Source: Gammaproteobacteria bacterium
GTDB taxonomy: Bacteria > Pseudomonadota > Gammaproteobacteria > DASZBR01
Direction of reading: 5' to 3'
NCBI GenBank assembly: GCA_035943935.1
Contig: DASZBR010000006.1
Location: forward strand, 67,633-131,632
DNA: 64,000 bases
In this document: positions 28,805 to 40,789 of the stretch, piece by piece
How positions within the stretch are numbered: the stretch's first letter is position 1
Layout of the letters: each line of letters begins with the position of its first letter
The notes under the pieces: model-generated
What the model was told of the DNA's origin: nothing
What the model saw: only the letters and a program-made list of their open reading frames with translations
The model's database searches: none
Translations under genes and position numbers: made by a program

Positions 28805-30790
28805 ATGTTTATTTTACAAGTCGCCGTTCCCACACCCCTGTATAGATTATTCGATTATATTGCGCCGGATAATTTTACCGCAGAAAATTTTAAACCCGGC
28901 CTGCGTGTAAAAATTCCGTGGCGTGACTCAACATTGACCGGTATTTTATTAAGTACTAGCGACAAATCCAGTATTAATCCCAAAAAACTAAAGCAAGCTG
29001 AAGAAATATTAGATACCGAGAGTTTGTTTTCTGAATCTATACTTAAATTAATTATTTTTGCTGCGGATTATTATCACTATCCCATTGGCGAAGTTTTCGC
29101 TGCAGCATTACCGACATTATTAAGACAAGGTAGAAGTACAGAATATAAGCATCATGCTTTTGAGTTCGAATCACTTCCTGAAGTGCCGCTAGTATTAACC
29201 GGTCATCAAAAAATAGCCGTCGATAAAATTATTTCTGAGTTAAATAATTTTAAACCCTTTTTATTATTCGGCGTGACAGGATCAGGTAAAACAGAAGTGT
29301 ATTTGCAAATTATCAGTGAAGTATTAAAACAAAATAAACAGGCTTTAATATTAGTTCCCGAAATAGGTTTAACGCCTCAGACGGTCATGCGATTTCAAAT
29401 GCGATTTCCCGTAATTATTTCTGTATTGCATTCTGGGCTAACAGATTCAGAAAGACATTCCGCGTGGCTTCAAGCAAAAAATGGCGATGCGAAAATTGTT
29501 ATTGGCACGCGGTCTGCTGTATTTGCATCATTAAAAAATCCGGGTGTAATTATATTAGACGAAGAACATGATTTATCTTTTAAACAACAAGAAGGGTTTA
29601 AATATTCGGCAAGAGATTTAGGTGTGTTACGCGCGCAGTTTGAATCTATTCCTATTGTATTGGGTTCAGCGACGCCCAGTTTAGAAAGCTTGCATAATGT
29701 TGAATCAAAACGCTATGAATTATTAACGCTTCCGGAAAGAGCGGGTGAAGCCGTTCACCCCAGTTTTATATTAATAGATTTAAAAAAACAAGCAGCACCC
29801 AAAGGTTTATCCATTGCGCTATTAGAAAGTATTCAAAAGCATTTAAAAGATAACAATCAAGTACTGGTCTTCTTAAATAGACGCGGATATTCACCGACTT
29901 TAATCTGTCATCACTGCGGATGGATTGCGACGTGCAGACAATGCGATGCAAATATGACGATTCATAATTCGCCGTCGCATTTACAATGTCATCATTGTGG
30001 TGCATCCAGGCCCGTGGATAGAAAATGTTTGGAATGTCATTCGACTTCTTTGGCGCCATTAGGAACCGGTACAGAAAGAATTGAAGAAAATCTTAAAGAG
30101 TATTTTCCTGAAACGCCAATTATAAGAATTGATCGAGATTCGACGCGTAAAAAAGGTTCTCTGGAAAAAAAATTAGCAAATGTTCATGAAGGCGAGGCTT
30201 GTATATTAGTTGGCACACAAATGCTTGCGAAGGGACATCATTTTAAAAACGTAACTTTAGCCGTAATTTTAAATGCTGATTCGGGATTATTTAGCAGTGA
30301 TTTTCGCGGCTCTGAGCGCACTGCGCAATTAATTTTGCAAGTTGCCGGAAGGAGTGGTCGTGCTGAAAAACCGGGTGAAGTCATATTACAAACGTATCAT
30401 CCTGAACATAGTTTGTTAAATATATTATTAAATTCAGGTTATGAAGATTTTGCTAAGAATTTATTAAAAGAGCGGGAAGAAGCACAATTACCGCCGTACC
30501 ATTTCATGGCAATGATTCGGGCGGAGGGTTTAAAAATAGAATTGGTGATTGAGTTTTTGAATCAAATAAAAACCTATCTTAATAAAGACAATGCTGTTTT
30601 TGCCTTGGGGCCCTTGCCGGCGCCGATGCAAAAGAAGGCGGGTAAACACCGTGGGCATTTGTTGTTACAATCGAATAATAGGTCAAATTTAAAGCGGGTC
30701 TTAAATCAATTAACGAGCCATTTATCAGAAATTAAGTCTAAGCAAAATGTCAGATGGTCGATTGATGTCGATCCGATGGAATTGTTCTAA
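28805..30790 (+). CDS. priA: Primosomal protein N' (replication restart helicase)
   Basis: Walker A GVTGSGKTEVY, DEEH box, C-terminal Cys4 zinc motifs. GGAGGAGGA RBS before ATG 28805. Confidence 0.9.
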   Translation: MFILQVAVPTPLYRLFDYIAPDNFTAENFKPGLRVKIPWRDSTLTGILLSTSDKSSINPKKLKQAEEILDTESLFSESILKLIIFAADYYHYPIGEVFAAALPTLLRQGRSTEYKHHAFEFESLPEVPLVLTGHQKIAVDKIISELNNFKPFLLFGVTGSGKTEVYLQIISEVLKQNKQALILVPEIGLTPQTVMRFQMRFPVIISVLHSGLTDSERHSAWLQAKNGDAKIVIGTRSAVFASLKNPGVIILDEEHDLSFKQQEGFKYSARDLGVLRAQFESIPIVLGSATPSLESLHNVESKRYELLTLPERAGEAVHPSFILIDLKKQAAPKGLSIALLESIQKHLKDNNQVLVFLNRRGYSPTLICHHCGWIATCRQCDANMTIHNSPSHLQCHHCGASRPVDRKCLECHSTSLAPLGTGTERIEENLKEYFPETPIIRIDRDSTRKKGSLEKKLANVHEGEACILVGTQMLAKGHHFKNVTLAVILNADSGLFSSDFRGSERTAQLILQVAGRSGRAEKPGEVILQTYHPEHSLLNILLNSGYEDFAKNLLKEREEAQLPPYHFMAMIRAEGLKIELVIEFLNQIKTYLNKDNAVFALGPLPAPMQKKAGKHRGHLLLQSNNRSNLKRVLNQLTSHLSEIKSKQNVRWSIDVDPMELF

Positions 30791-30808
30791 TTGATAGGAG
30801 AAAATACT

Positions 30809-31003
30809 ATGCAAAACAATGAGGAAGAAAGAGGAAGAGTACGCAATCTTGAAAATTTTGGTAGATCTCCGCATGGCGGTGGATATGGGATTGGAGTAGT
30901 ACCTAATTTTTGGCAATTACGTGTACTTGCCAATATTTCATCCGTCCCTACTCCTGATGTTGATGAAGCAATGAATGCGGATAAAAGTCTGCGTTACGAC
31001 TAG
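30809..31003 (+). CDS. Hypothetical small protein (64 aa)
   Basis: ATG 30809 with an AGGAG RBS, between priA and kbl. Gly-rich; no recognisable family. Could be non-coding. Confidence 0.3.
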   Translation: MQNNEEERGRVRNLENFGRSPHGGGYGIGVVPNFWQLRVLANISSVPTPDVDEAMNADKSLRYD

Positions 31004-31022
31004 AACTGAGAAAGGAATATTT

Positions 31023-32216
31023 ATGTCAAAAAGCAAATTTACGAAATTTTTAGCTGAAAAAATCGCCGAACTTAAAACCGAAGGCTTATACAAAGCCGAG
31101 CGTGTTATTACTTCACAACAACAAGCGGAAATTGAAGTGAATCACGACCAACACGTTTTAAATTTCTGTGCAAATAATTATTTAGGTTTAGCCAATAGCC
31201 CTAAATTAATTCATGCCGGAAAAGAGGCGTTAGATAAACATGGCTATGGTTTAGCGTCAGTCCGATTTATTTGTGGCACACAAGATATTCATAAAGAATT
31301 AGAATCAAAAATAAGCGAATTTTTAGGCACGGAAGATACGATATTGTACAGCTCGTGTTTTGATGCAAATGGTGGATTATTCGAAACTTTATTATCAGAA
31401 GAAGATGCCATAATCTCAGACGCACTAAATCATGCGAGCATCATAGATGGCATTAGATTATGTAAAGCCCAAAGATTTAGATATGCGAATAACAATATGG
31501 AAGATCTTGAAAAACAATTAATCGCCGCAAAAGAGGCAAGATTTAAGTTGATAGCGACTGATGGCATATTTTCCATGGACGGCATTATTGCCAATTTAAA
31601 AGCGATTTGTGATCTTGCAGATAAATACGACGCAATGGTCATGGTTGATGATTCGCATGCCGTGGGTTTTATGGGCAAAACCGGAAAGGGCACACCGGAA
31701 CATTGTGGAGTAGCAGATAGAATTGATATTTACACCGGAACATTGGGTAAAGCATTGGGTGGCGCGTCGGGTGGATATACATCCGGCAAAAAAGAAGTGA
31801 TTGATTGGTTAAGAAATAGATCTAGACCCTATTTATTTTCTAATACTCTTGCTCCTGCAATTGTTGGTGCATCGATTGAAGTATTAGCTTTATTAAAAAA
31901 ACATGGCGAAAAACTTCGTGCTAAATTAAAAGAAAATTCAGAGTATTTTAGAAAGCATATGACAAAACTGGGTTTTAATTTAATTCCCGGCGAACATCCT
32001 ATCATTCCCGTTATGTTAGGTGATGCTAAGCTAGCGACCGAAATGGCAAATCAATTATTAAAAGAAAATATTTATGTGGTTGGATTTTCTTTCCCCGTAG
32101 TACCAAAGGGTCAGGCGAGGATTAGAACGCAAATGTCTGCAGCACATACTAAAGAGCAATTAGACAAAGCGATAGCAGCGTTTGCAAAAGTCGGTAAATC
32201 ATTAGGAGTGATTTAA
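31023..32216 (+). CDS. kbl: 2-amino-3-ketobutyrate CoA ligase (glycine C-acetyltransferase)
   Basis: PLP-dependent AOS-family motifs. Paired with tdh downstream. Confidence 0.9.
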   Translation: MSKSKFTKFLAEKIAELKTEGLYKAERVITSQQQAEIEVNHDQHVLNFCANNYLGLANSPKLIHAGKEALDKHGYGLASVRFICGTQDIHKELESKISEFLGTEDTILYSSCFDANGGLFETLLSEEDAIISDALNHASIIDGIRLCKAQRFRYANNNMEDLEKQLIAAKEARFKLIATDGIFSMDGIIANLKAICDLADKYDAMVMVDDSHAVGFMGKTGKGTPEHCGVADRIDIYTGTLGKALGGASGGYTSGKKEVIDWLRNRSRPYLFSNTLAPAIVGASIEVLALLKKHGEKLRAKLKENSEYFRKHMTKLGFNLIPGEHPIIPVMLGDAKLATEMANQLLKENIYVVGFSFPVVPKGQARIRTQMSAAHTKEQLDKAIAAFAKVGKSLGVI

Positions 32217-32217
32217 T

Positions 32218-33243
32218 ATGAAAGCATTAGTGAAAGCCAAAGCGGAGAAAGGCATTTGGTTACAAGATATTCCAAAACCTACGATTGGGCATAATGATGT
32301 TTTAATTAAAATAAAAAAAACAGCCATTTGTGGAACGGATGCACATATTTATAACTGGGATGCATGGGCACAAAAAACCATTCAAGTTCCCATGGCGATT
32401 GGCCATGAATTTATGGGTGAAATCGTTGAAGTCGGCGATGAAGTCACTGGTTTAAAAATCGGTCAACGTGTTTCGGGTGAAGGACATATTACGTGCGGTT
32501 ATTGCCGAAAATGTCGCGCAGGTAATCAACATCTTTGTCGAAATACGATTGGATTGGGTGTGAATAGACAAGGTTGTTTTGCAGAATATTTAAGTTTCCC
32601 TGCTAAGAATGTCTATCCCTTACCCGATAATATTCCCGATAATATTGCTGCGTTTTTAGATCCATTAGGCAATGCTGTGCATACCGCACTGTCTTTTGAT
32701 CTGGTGGGTGAGGATGTATTAATTACAGGTGCAGGTCCTATTGGCATTATGGCTGCTGCTATCTGCAAAAAAGTTGGCGCGCGATTTGTGGTCATTACCG
32801 ATGTAAATGAATATAGATTAGAGCTCGCTAAAAAAATTGGCGATATTACCACCGTTAATCCTACTAAAATTTCTTTAGATGATGTTATGAAAAATTTGGG
32901 GATAAAAGAAGGTTTTGATGTGGGATTAGAAATGTCTGGTAATGGCCCTGCATTTAATCAAATGTTAGAACACATGAATCACGGTGGACGAATTGCAATT
33001 CTTGGAATTCCCTCTGCACCCATCGCCATTGATTGGAATCATGTAATATTTAAGGGCTTAATATTGAAGGGCATTTATGGCCGTGAAATGTTTGATACCT
33101 GGTATAAAATGATCATGTTGTTACAAAGTGGTTTAAATGTTGCGCCAGTATTAACGCATGAATTTCATTATACGGAGTTCCAAAAAGCGTTTGATGCGAT
33201 GGCGAGTGGACAGTCAGGTAAAGTAATATTGCATTGGAATTAG
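32218..33243 (+). CDS. tdh: L-threonine 3-dehydrogenase
   Basis: Zinc-ADH motifs ([22 protein letters not shown]). 341 aa. kbl-tdh operon. Confidence 0.9.
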   Translation: MKALVKAKAEKGIWLQDIPKPTIGHNDVLIKIKKTAICGTDAHIYNWDAWAQKTIQVPMAIGHEFMGEIVEVGDEVTGLKIGQRVSGEGHITCGYCRKCRAGNQHLCRNTIGLGVNRQGCFAEYLSFPAKNVYPLPDNIPDNIAAFLDPLGNAVHTALSFDLVGEDVLITGAGPIGIMAAAICKKVGARFVVITDVNEYRLELAKKIGDITTVNPTKISLDDVMKNLGIKEGFDVGLEMSGNGPAFNQMLEHMNHGGRIAILGIPSAPIAIDWNHVIFKGLILKGIYGREMFDTWYKMIMLLQSGLNVAPVLTHEFHYTEFQKAFDAMASGQSGKVILHWN

Positions 33244-33256
33244 AGAGGACATAGAA

Positions 33257-33847
33257 ATGAGAATAGCCATATCAGGTACACACTCAGTCGGAAAATCAAC
33301 GTTTGTACAAGATTTCCTCGCTGCACATCCGGATTATCAATTTGAAGAAGAGCCTTATCGTGCAATACGTCATCAGCATGAAATTGTATTTGCGGAAGAT
33401 CAAACGCAGAACCATGTTATGCTGCAATTAAATCACTGTATAGAATCCATTAAAAAATATCATCCCGGCGATAAGGTCATCTGTGATCGTTGTCCCATTG
33501 ATTATATTCCGTATTCGAGTTATTCCATTGATCATGGCCGACAAGATATTGATAAAAAATTTGTAGATTCGCTCTATCCATTAGTTAAAGAAGTGATAGG
33601 GCATTTGGATTTAATTGTGTTTGTGCCTATTTCAGATGAGCATCCCATTTTGTTGGAAGTAGATGGTCATCGTCCACCGCATGATTTTTATCGTGATTGG
33701 GTTGATGAAGCCTTTAAAGAATTATATCGCGAAAATTTAAAAACGGTTATTTCGGGTAAAGCACCCAAAGTAGTAGAAATAGTCGGCGATCGACAATCGC
33801 GTATAAAACAGCTTAATGAAATCATAAAATCTATGGGGCAGAATTAA
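33257..33847 (+). CDS. P-loop NTPase (NadR-NRK/AAA_28-like predicted kinase)
   Basis: Walker A ISGTHSVGKST at the N-terminus, 196 aa. Resembles small nucleoside/nucleotide kinase-like ATPases. Confidence 0.5.
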   Translation: MRIAISGTHSVGKSTFVQDFLAAHPDYQFEEEPYRAIRHQHEIVFAEDQTQNHVMLQLNHCIESIKKYHPGDKVICDRCPIDYIPYSSYSIDHGRQDIDKKFVDSLYPLVKEVIGHLDLIVFVPISDEHPILLEVDGHRPPHDFYRDWVDEAFKELYRENLKTVISGKAPKVVEIVGDRQSRIKQLNEIIKSMGQN

Positions 33848-34774
33848 ATGAGTAAAAATACTATTCCAGTTTGGTTGCAATCTGGGCCTGCTGAAAAATA
33901 TTATCAACGTCATCTAGAACAAGAAACTTTACGCGACGTTTGGGTGAAGATGATTCGTGAGCGTTGGGGAAATCCAGAGAATCCTGGATTATGGTTATTT
34001 CCGGATATCAAGCGCGAAGATAAAATAATTCCAAAATCAATTGATGCGGATGTTCGCATAACGCAATTTACGCCATCAGATCCCAGCAACGATATTTTTG
34101 TCTATATTCATGGCGGTGGTTGGATGATTCCTGCGTCGGGCAAACATCTTGCGTGGGCCAAAAGAATATCGCATATGACAAATATGACAGTACTTTCAGT
34201 AGACTATCGATTGTTACCGGAGCATCCGTTTCCTGCTGCGTTGAATGATTGTATAACAACTTATTTATACGCACGCCAACAAACTTCAGGAAGGGTAATA
34301 ATAGGAGGCGATTCTGCCGGTGGAAATATGGGCGCTGCACTTGCGCTGTATTGTTATGAGCATCACTTACCACTACCGGATAAAGTTTTGTGTCTGTCAT
34401 CTTATTCCGATCAGTATTTTGAAAAGTACCCCTCTATGATGGCATTTGGTGTGGGTAATCCTTATGCAGAGATGAGTGTGATCGCTTTTATGCGCGCGTT
34501 GTATCTTCCGAATATTAAAGACTGGGATAATCCTTATGCAAGTCCGCTGTATGGTCAGTTAGATCAAATGCCGCCAACGTGTGTGTTAGTCGGACTGGAA
34601 GATCCGTTGTGTGACGATAATATTACGTTTGCACACAAGCTCAAAGAGGCCAACGCAGAGGTAAAATTATATACATTTGATCGAATGCCACATTCATTTT
34701 TTACGTATCCTGAATTAATGCCAGAGATCTGTGAGCAAGCGAATAATCTCATTGTTGAGTTTATGTTGGAGTGA
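33848..34774 (+). CDS. Alpha/beta-hydrolase esterase/lipase (HSL/Aes family)
   Basis: HGGGW oxyanion motif and GDSAGG nucleophile elbow. Confidence 0.75.
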   Translation: MSKNTIPVWLQSGPAEKYYQRHLEQETLRDVWVKMIRERWGNPENPGLWLFPDIKREDKIIPKSIDADVRITQFTPSDPSNDIFVYIHGGGWMIPASGKHLAWAKRISHMTNMTVLSVDYRLLPEHPFPAALNDCITTYLYARQQTSGRVIIGGDSAGGNMGAALALYCYEHHLPLPDKVLCLSSYSDQYFEKYPSMMAFGVGNPYAEMSVIAFMRALYLPNIKDWDNPYASPLYGQLDQMPPTCVLVGLEDPLCDDNITFAHKLKEANAEVKLYTFDRMPHSFFTYPELMPEICEQANNLIVEFMLE

Positions 34775-35136
34775 TTATGACTAATGCTGAGAGCAACAAA
34801 AAAATAATTGAATCCTATTTTTTAACGATGTGGAACAAACGTGATACTGCATTAACAGATACATTAGTGGCAGAGAATTATGTTCATCACAAGCCAGATG
34901 GCGATGTTCATGGTAGAGACCATATTAAGAACGTTATGAAGATAGTATTGGCGAAATATCCGGATATTCAATTTACACTCAAGCATATTCTCGCAGAAGG
35001 CGAAATGGTTTCCACATATCTTGAAGGGAAGGGCACTGATAAAGAAACGGGTAAAATAACCTATTTCAAAGAAGCATTCTTTCATCGTATTCTGGATGGA
35101 AAAATTGTTGAGGGTTGGATTATTTTTGCGGGTTAA
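34771..35136 (+). CDS. SnoaL-like / NTF2-fold ester-cyclase-like protein
   Basis: 121 aa, ESYFLTMWNKRD...VHGRDHIK pattern typical of SnoaL_2 domains. Confidence 0.55.
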   Translation: MIMTNAESNKKIIESYFLTMWNKRDTALTDTLVAENYVHHKPDGDVHGRDHIKNVMKIVLAKYPDIQFTLKHILAEGEMVSTYLEGKGTDKETGKITYFKEAFFHRILDGKIVEGWIIFAG

Positions 35137-35477
35137 ATTTGTTCTGGTGTTATAAGACTGAGTCGTTTGGGTAGTATTTTTTTTAAGTTCCTCCGTCCAT
35201 CTATTACACTATGAATGGTTATTTTATCACCCCTGATTTCATAAGTAATCCGATATGAGATATAAAAAATTTTATACAAGCGAGAGTTATTTACTTTTGT
35301 TGTTTCTTGAACACGTTGGCGCCATTCAGGAAAATATAAAAGACTATCAATCTTCTTTAGAAGATTTTCAATAAAAACTTCAGCTTTACCACTGTAGTCA
35401 TTTTCTGAGATATAAGTAAACAGCTCAAAAAGATCTTTTTCGGCCATCTTGCTTATTATTATTTCGTAAGGCTGCAT
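35133..35477 (-). CDS. ParE/RelE-family type II toxin
   Basis: YRIIYEI-like motif (YRITYEIRGDKITIHSVIDGRRNL), about 100-114 aa. The true start may be ATG 35447. Confidence 0.6.
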   Translation of the reverse strand: MQPYEIIISKMAEKDLFELFTYISENDYSGKAEVFIENLLKKIDSLLYFPEWRQRVQETTKVNNSRLYKIFYISYRITYEIRGDKITIHSVIDGRRNLKKILPKRLSLITPEQI

Positions 35478-35766
35478 GAGAACATTTCTCCTTTATAAGA
35501 GCCCGTAATTCTGCTGCTACTTCTTTGAAGGGACGCACTTCTCCCTGTTCAACTTCAATAAAGCTAACTGTTAAACGTCTGAGGGTGTCAAGACGTTCGC
35601 ACCATTCTTCATCGCTTAAATGATCAAGAGAAGCAGCGGTGGCTTTACTGTATTTTTCAAAGTTACGAATGATTGTATCCGGATCAGTTTCTGATAGGAT
35701 TTTTGCTTTGCTGGCTTCATCTATCCAAATAGGCGGAGGCGGGGTAACTGATTTGATAGCTCGCAT
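35425..35766 (-). CDS. Putative addiction-module antitoxin (TIGR02574 / Unstab_antitox-like)
   Basis: LSDEEW...GEVRPFKEVAAELRALI resembles the TIGR02574 addiction-module component. Immediately upstream of the ParE-like gene; the reading frames overlap. Confidence 0.5.
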   Translation of the reverse strand: MRAIKSVTPPPPIWIDEASKAKILSETDPDTIIRNFEKYSKATAASLDHLSDEEWCERLDTLRRLTVSFIEVEQGEVRPFKEVAAELRALIKEKCSHAALRNNNKQDGRKRSF

Positions 35767-35843
35767 AACTTAACTCCTGATGATTATTCAGCATAATGAA
35801 ACTTGTATAGGAACTTTTCAATAGAATTAAAAAATATTTTTAC

Positions 35844-36653
35844 TTAATCCCTCAGCAATTCATTCAACGCAACTTTCCCGCGCGTCTGCTCATCCACAAA
35901 TTTAACAATCACTGCACAATAAATACTGTGTGATTTATCTTTGGAGGGAAGTGAGCCGGGAACGACAACGGCGCCTTTGGGAACAACGCCATAAGTAATT
36001 TCATTTGTCATGCGATTATATATTTTGGTACTTTGGCCAATATAAACACCCATTGAAATCACGGCGCCTTCTTCAACAATGACACCTTCAACAATTTCAG
36101 AGCGTGCGCCAATAAAACAATTATCTTCTATGATAGTGGGTGTTGCTTGCAAAGGTTCTAATACACCACCAATTCCTACACCACCTGATAAATGAACGTT
36201 CTTACCAATTTGCGCGCATGAACCAACTGTTGCCCACGTATCCACCATCACACCTGTATCTATATAAGCGCCAACATTTACGAAAGAGGGCATTAATATG
36301 GTGGTAGGAGCAATATAAGCGCCTTTTCGGACTATTGCAGAAGGTACTACGCGAACATTTTCTTCTTTAAATCTTTCTTCTGAATAACCTTCATATTTCA
36401 TGGGTACTTTATCGAAGAAATTTGTAAAACCGGCTTGTTGAATAACATTGGGAAATAATTTGAAATATAATAAGATGGCTTTTTTGATTGTTTCGTTCGT
36501 TACCCATTTATTATTTATTTTTTCAGCAACGCGTATTTTGCCAGAATCTAATTGCGAAATGATCTCGAGAACAGCGGCTCTAATTTCATGGGGAGAACTG
36601 GTCGGCGATAAAATAGCGCGATCTTCAAATGCTTGATTAATCAATGCTTCCAT
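35844..36653 (-). CDS. dapD: 2,3,4,5-tetrahydropyridine-2,6-dicarboxylate N-succinyltransferase
   Basis: Hexapeptide-repeat left-handed beta-helix. Conserved DapD N-terminus. Confidence 0.9.
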   Translation of the reverse strand: MEALINQAFEDRAILSPTSSPHEIRAAVLEIISQLDSGKIRVAEKINNKWVTNETIKKAILLYFKLFPNVIQQAGFTNFFDKVPMKYEGYSEERFKEENVRVVPSAIVRKGAYIAPTTILMPSFVNVGAYIDTGVMVDTWATVGSCAQIGKNVHLSGGVGIGGVLEPLQATPTIIEDNCFIGARSEIVEGVIVEEGAVISMGVYIGQSTKIYNRMTNEITYGVVPKGAVVVPGSLPSKDKSHSIYCAVIVKFVDEQTRGKVALNELLRD

Positions 36654-39600
36654 TAGTCTTCACCTTTGCTAAAAACATATACATGGTTGGGATAACAAAT
36701 AAAGTAAAAAAAGTGCCGAATGACATGCCACCAATAATCACCCAACCTAATTGTGTACGTGCCCCTGATCCAGCTCCATGTGAAAGTGCTAGAGGCAGTG
36801 CGCCTAAAATCATGGCAAATGTTGTCATTAATACGGGACGTAAACGAATCGACGCGGATTCAATAATGGCACCTAATTTATCATAACCCTGTTCTTGTAA
36901 TTGATTAGCAAATTCGACGATAAGAATTCCATGTTTACTGATTAAACCAACTAATGTGACCAAACCAATTTCGGTATAGATATTTAACGTTCCGCCGGGT
37001 AATAAATGTAATGCAATCAGTGCTCCTGCAGAAGATAGCGGTACACTCATCATGACAATCAGCGGATCACGAAAACTTTCAAATTGTGCGGCCAACACGA
37101 GAAAAATAAATAAAATGGCAAATACAAACGTCTCTTCCATGGCACCAGAGGATTGCACCATTTGACGTGATTGTCCTTCGAAATCATATTGAATATTGGG
37201 CGGTAAATTCTTTTTAGCAATACCTTCAAGATAACTCAACGCTTGACCGAGCGTGTAACCCGGCGCGAGACCCGCTGAAATTTTTGCGGCACGAACTTGT
37301 TGAAAGTGATTTAAACTTTGTGTTTCAACGGTTTGATTGATTGTCGCGATGTTGGATAACGGAATTAATTGACCCGTTCCTGTACGAACATTTAATTGTC
37401 CTAATTGAGCGGCTGAGGATCTAAATTGTGGCATGACTTGAGGAATAATATTATAGCTTTTTCCACCCATATTAAATTGCGCCAAGAGAGGTTGAGCCAA
37501 AGCAAGATTTAACGTGCTGTTAATTTCAGTCATGGGTATGCCCAAATCAGCAGCTTTATCACGATCCAATTCAATGTCTACTTGTGCCGTGTCCATTTTG
37601 AGGTCGCTGTCTAAATTTAATAATTTAGGATTTTCTTTTTCTGCAATGCCAATTAATTTCTGCGCCGCATTATTTAAATCTTGATACGACCCTGTTGTTT
37701 TTAAAACAAATTCTACGGGCGTGAATGCGTTACTGCCGGGTAACGGTGGGTCATTAAACGGAAAAGCTTTAATACCGGGAATAGCCCAGAACTGAGGAAA
37801 GAGACTTGCAATAATGTCTGATGAAGATCGTTTGCGTTCGCTCCAGGGTTTCAACACCATAAATGAAAATGCGCTATTTTGTGCTGGTGATCCCGCATAG
37901 CCATTAATGATGCCATACCCCAACGATTCGGGAACTTTCTTATAAATGTCTTCAATTTTTTTAGTTTGCGAAATCGTATAATTTACGTTTGCATTTGTGG
38001 GGCCAGTAGCGGCACCTAAAATAACCCCTTGATCTTCTTGGGGCGCTAATTCACTGGGAAGTGTGGTATATAAAGAATAACAACTGACGTAAATAATTCC
38101 CGCAATAATTAATACTAAACCTTTTCTATCCAAGGTTGCTTTTAATAACTCTTTGTATTTATTCATAAAGCGATTAAATATTTCATCAACTTTTTCTGGT
38201 AAGCCTTTCTTTTCAGAATGCTTTAATAATTTTGAGCACATCATGGGCGAGAGTGTCAGTGCGACAAAACCTGAAATAATTACGGAACCTGCTAATGTAA
38301 ATGCAAATTCTCTGAAGAGGGCGCCCGTTAATCCGGAAACAAATCCAATGGGTGCATAGACGGCTGCCAATGTTAATGTCATGGCAATCACTGCAAATCC
38401 AATTTCGCGTGCGCCTTTTATAGACGCATCAAATGGTGATAAGCCATCCTCTATATGCCGATGTATATTTTCGACGACAACAATCGCATCATCGACGACT
38501 AATCCAATCGCTAATACCCAGGCGAGTAGTGTGAGAACATTAATGCTATATCCTAGCGCTAACATAATGCTGCACACGCCAATAATAGATAGTGGTATGG
38601 TAATGATGGGAATTAAGGCATTTCGTAATGAACCTAAAAACATAAATATAACAATAATTACAAATAACGTTGCTTCTATGATGGTTTGATAGACTTCTTT
38701 AATGGATGCGGCAATAAATTTCGAGGCATCGTACATCAGAATGGCATTTAACCCTTGCGGCAAGGAACGCTTGACCGAAGGCATAACGTTATTCACTTCT
38801 TTGGAAATATCCAATGGATTTGCTGTCGGTTGAGGAACAACAGCAAGTACAATGGCATTTTGGCCATTAATATTCACAGAAGTACTATCATCTTCCGGAC
38901 CCAGTTCGGCATATCCAATTGCATTGAGACGCACAAAATTGCCTTTATTGTCGCTTTTAATCACTAAATTATTAAATTGTGCGGGTGTGCGTAAATCGGT
39001 TTGTGCCGTGACATCAAAAAGTTCCCACTTACTTTCTATAGTACCGGCGGCAGTTTGAATATTATTGTTCATCAAGGCCGTTGACACATCATTGGCGGTA
39101 ACGCCATGAGAGGCCATGAGTTGTGGATTCAACCAAATGCGCATGGAATATAATCGTTCACCAAAAATCAGGGCTTGCGCGACACCGGGTAGCGTTGCAA
39201 TTTCGGGTTGTACGACACGGACAATATAATCCGTAATTTGTTCTGCATTTAATGTCGGGCTATAAAAAGGTATATACATCGTGGGTTGTGCGTTGGGATC
39301 TCTTTCAGCGACGATAGGATCTTGAATTTGTTTTGGCAAAAGATAACGTACCGAAGAGACGGCATTACTGATATTTGTTACGGCTTTGTTAATGTCATAG
39401 CCCAAATTAAAAACGACTGAAATATTGCTAGAACCTGTTGAGCTCGTGGATTTTATATAATCAATTCCATCTATTCCTGAAAGCGCATTTTCAATGGGGG
39501 TGGTGACAAACCCTTCCATGATTTGTGGGCTCGCGCCAGAAAACGTTGTGCTGATATTAATGACAGACGCAGAGATTTGCGGAAATTGTCGTGTGGGCAA

Positions 39601-39693
39601 TGACATGAATGCACGAATGCCCGTCAGTAAAATAATTAAACTTAAGACAGTGGCAAAAACAGGACGACGAATAAAAATATCAGTGAGTTGCAT
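36637..39693 (-). CDS. RND multidrug efflux transporter (AcrB/MexB family)
   Basis: About 1020 aa, 12 TM helices, two large periplasmic loops. N-terminal [14 protein letters not shown]. Start at ATG 39693 or 39699. Confidence 0.9.
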   Translation of the reverse strand: MQLTDIFIRRPVFATVLSLIILLTGIRAFMSLPTRQFPQISASVINISTTFSGASPQIMEGFVTTPIENALSGIDGIDYIKSTSSTGSSNISVVFNLGYDINKAVTNISNAVSSVRYLLPKQIQDPIVAERDPNAQPTMYIPFYSPTLNAEQITDYIVRVVQPEIATLPGVAQALIFGERLYSMRIWLNPQLMASHGVTANDVSTALMNNNIQTAAGTIESKWELFDVTAQTDLRTPAQFNNLVIKSDNKGNFVRLNAIGYAELGPEDDSTSVNINGQNAIVLAVVPQPTANPLDISKEVNNVMPSVKRSLPQGLNAILMYDASKFIAASIKEVYQTIIEATLFVIIVIFMFLGSLRNALIPIITIPLSIIGVCSIMLALGYSINVLTLLAWVLAIGLVVDDAIVVVENIHRHIEDGLSPFDASIKGAREIGFAVIAMTLTLAAVYAPIGFVSGLTGALFREFAFTLAGSVIISGFVALTLSPMMCSKLLKHSEKKGLPEKVDEIFNRFMNKYKELLKATLDRKGLVLIIAGIIYVSCYSLYTTLPSELAPQEDQGVILGAATGPTNANVNYTISQTKKIEDIYKKVPESLGYGIINGYAGSPAQNSAFSFMVLKPWSERKRSSSDIIASLFPQFWAIPGIKAFPFNDPPLPGSNAFTPVEFVLKTTGSYQDLNNAAQKLIGIAEKENPKLLNLDSDLKMDTAQVDIELDRDKAADLGIPMTEINSTLNLALAQPLLAQFNMGGKSYNIIPQVMPQFRSSAAQLGQLNVRTGTGQLIPLSNIATINQTVETQSLNHFQQVRAAKISAGLAPGYTLGQALSYLEGIAKKNLPPNIQYDFEGQSRQMVQSSGAMEETFVFAILFIFLVLAAQFESFRDPLIVMMSVPLSSAGALIALHLLPGGTLNIYTEIGLVTLVGLISKHGILIVEFANQLQEQGYDKLGAIIESASIRLRPVLMTTFAMILGALPLALSHGAGSGARTQLGWVIIGGMSFGTFFTLFVIPTMYMFLAKVKTNGSID

Positions 39694-40735
39694 GGACATT
39701 GGCGCCATCATGAATTTTGAGTTGGCCTTGTGTGACGACAACATCACCGTCATTCAAGCCGGATACGGCAATCATGCTTTTATTTGATTGCAATATTTTA
39801 ATGGGCGTTTTGACGGCTTTGCCATTCACAACGGCATAAACATAATTTCCACTGGCGTCGTATACCACGGCAAGTTGCGGAATACTGACCAACATTTTTT
39901 GTGCACCCGCATCAACGGTTACTTGAACAAAACTACCGGGTAATAATTTTTCATTCGGATTCGGAATATGTGCACGAATCGCAACGGTTCGCGTGCTGAC
40001 ATCCACGGCGGTATCCACTGCTCTAATAGATCCTTGGAAAGTTTCACCGGGGAAACTGTCGCTCTGAACTTTCACGGGATCGCCTGATTTAATTTGAGAG
40101 GCATTATTTTGTGGAACGGAAAAATCGACTCGCAGGGTGTCAATCGACTGTAAATTAACGAGAGACTGTCCGACATTAATATAGTCGCCGACGTTATAAA
40201 GTGTTAATCCCAATTTGCCCCCGATAGGTGCGGTAATGACATTTTGGGCGAGTTGCGCTTTTACGGCTTGAAGATTGGCTAGCGCTGATGCTTTATTTGC
40301 AAGTGCGGTATCCAGGTCTTGTTTTGAAAGTGCGCCGCGTTTAAACAGCGCAATGGCTCTATCATAATCACCACTGTTCAGATCGGCAGTCGCTTGCGCT
40401 GCAGCAAGATTTGCTTTCAGTACGCCAGGATTAATTTCTAATAAAACATCGCCGGCTTTAACCGTATCGCCGGAATGAAAATAAATTTTGGTGACGTTAC
40501 CGGCAACTTCAGATTTGAGCATAACACCTTGAACGGCATTGAGGGTTCCGCTCGCTTGAATCCGTGTTTGCCAATCTTGTGGTTTTGCCGTAGCCACAAT
40601 GACATCCGTTTTCATACTTTCCATATATTCTTTTGTTTTTAATGCAACAAACCACTCCCAGCCTTTCCAAAGAGAAATGCCGAAGACGAGTAGGAGTGCA
40701 GCGAGGAGAATGAGTTTGCGTTTACGTTCTGTCAT
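39680..40735 (-). CDS. RND efflux periplasmic adaptor (AcrA/MexA-like membrane fusion protein)
   Basis: N-terminal TM anchor, coiled-coil hairpin (ANLAAAQATADL...), biotinyl/lipoyl-like and beta-barrel domains. Overlaps the RND gene by about 14 nt. Confidence 0.85.
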   Translation of the reverse strand: MTERKRKLILLAALLLVFGISLWKGWEWFVALKTKEYMESMKTDVIVATAKPQDWQTRIQASGTLNAVQGVMLKSEVAGNVTKIYFHSGDTVKAGDVLLEINPGVLKANLAAAQATADLNSGDYDRAIALFKRGALSKQDLDTALANKASALANLQAVKAQLAQNVITAPIGGKLGLTLYNVGDYINVGQSLVNLQSIDTLRVDFSVPQNNASQIKSGDPVKVQSDSFPGETFQGSIRAVDTAVDVSTRTVAIRAHIPNPNEKLLPGSFVQVTVDAGAQKMLVSIPQLAVVYDASGNYVYAVVNGKAVKTPIKILQSNKSMIAVSGLNDGDVVVTQGQLKIHDGANVHATH

Positions 40736-40789
40736 ATAAGGTATGCTATTATCTCTCGCTATATAAGGCAAGGGAGAAGGTGGCTAAAA

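Noticed and set aside
28755-28805. 16-codon uORF (MEAKAVRRSAKHGGGQ) ending in TGATG overlap with the priA start
   Set aside because: It has no Shine-Dalgarno sequence of its own, and its 3' half simply encodes the GGAGGAGGA ribosome-binding site of priA. It is more parsimoniously explained as a chance ORF across the RBS than as a leader peptide.
28590-28810. tRNA-Ser as a possible integration site or genomic island boundary
   Set aside because: No integrase, direct repeat of the tRNA 3' end, or phage/ICE genes follow. The downstream gene is priA (housekeeping). Only a hairpin formed by the tRNA 3' end and the downstream GGCTGGC was seen.
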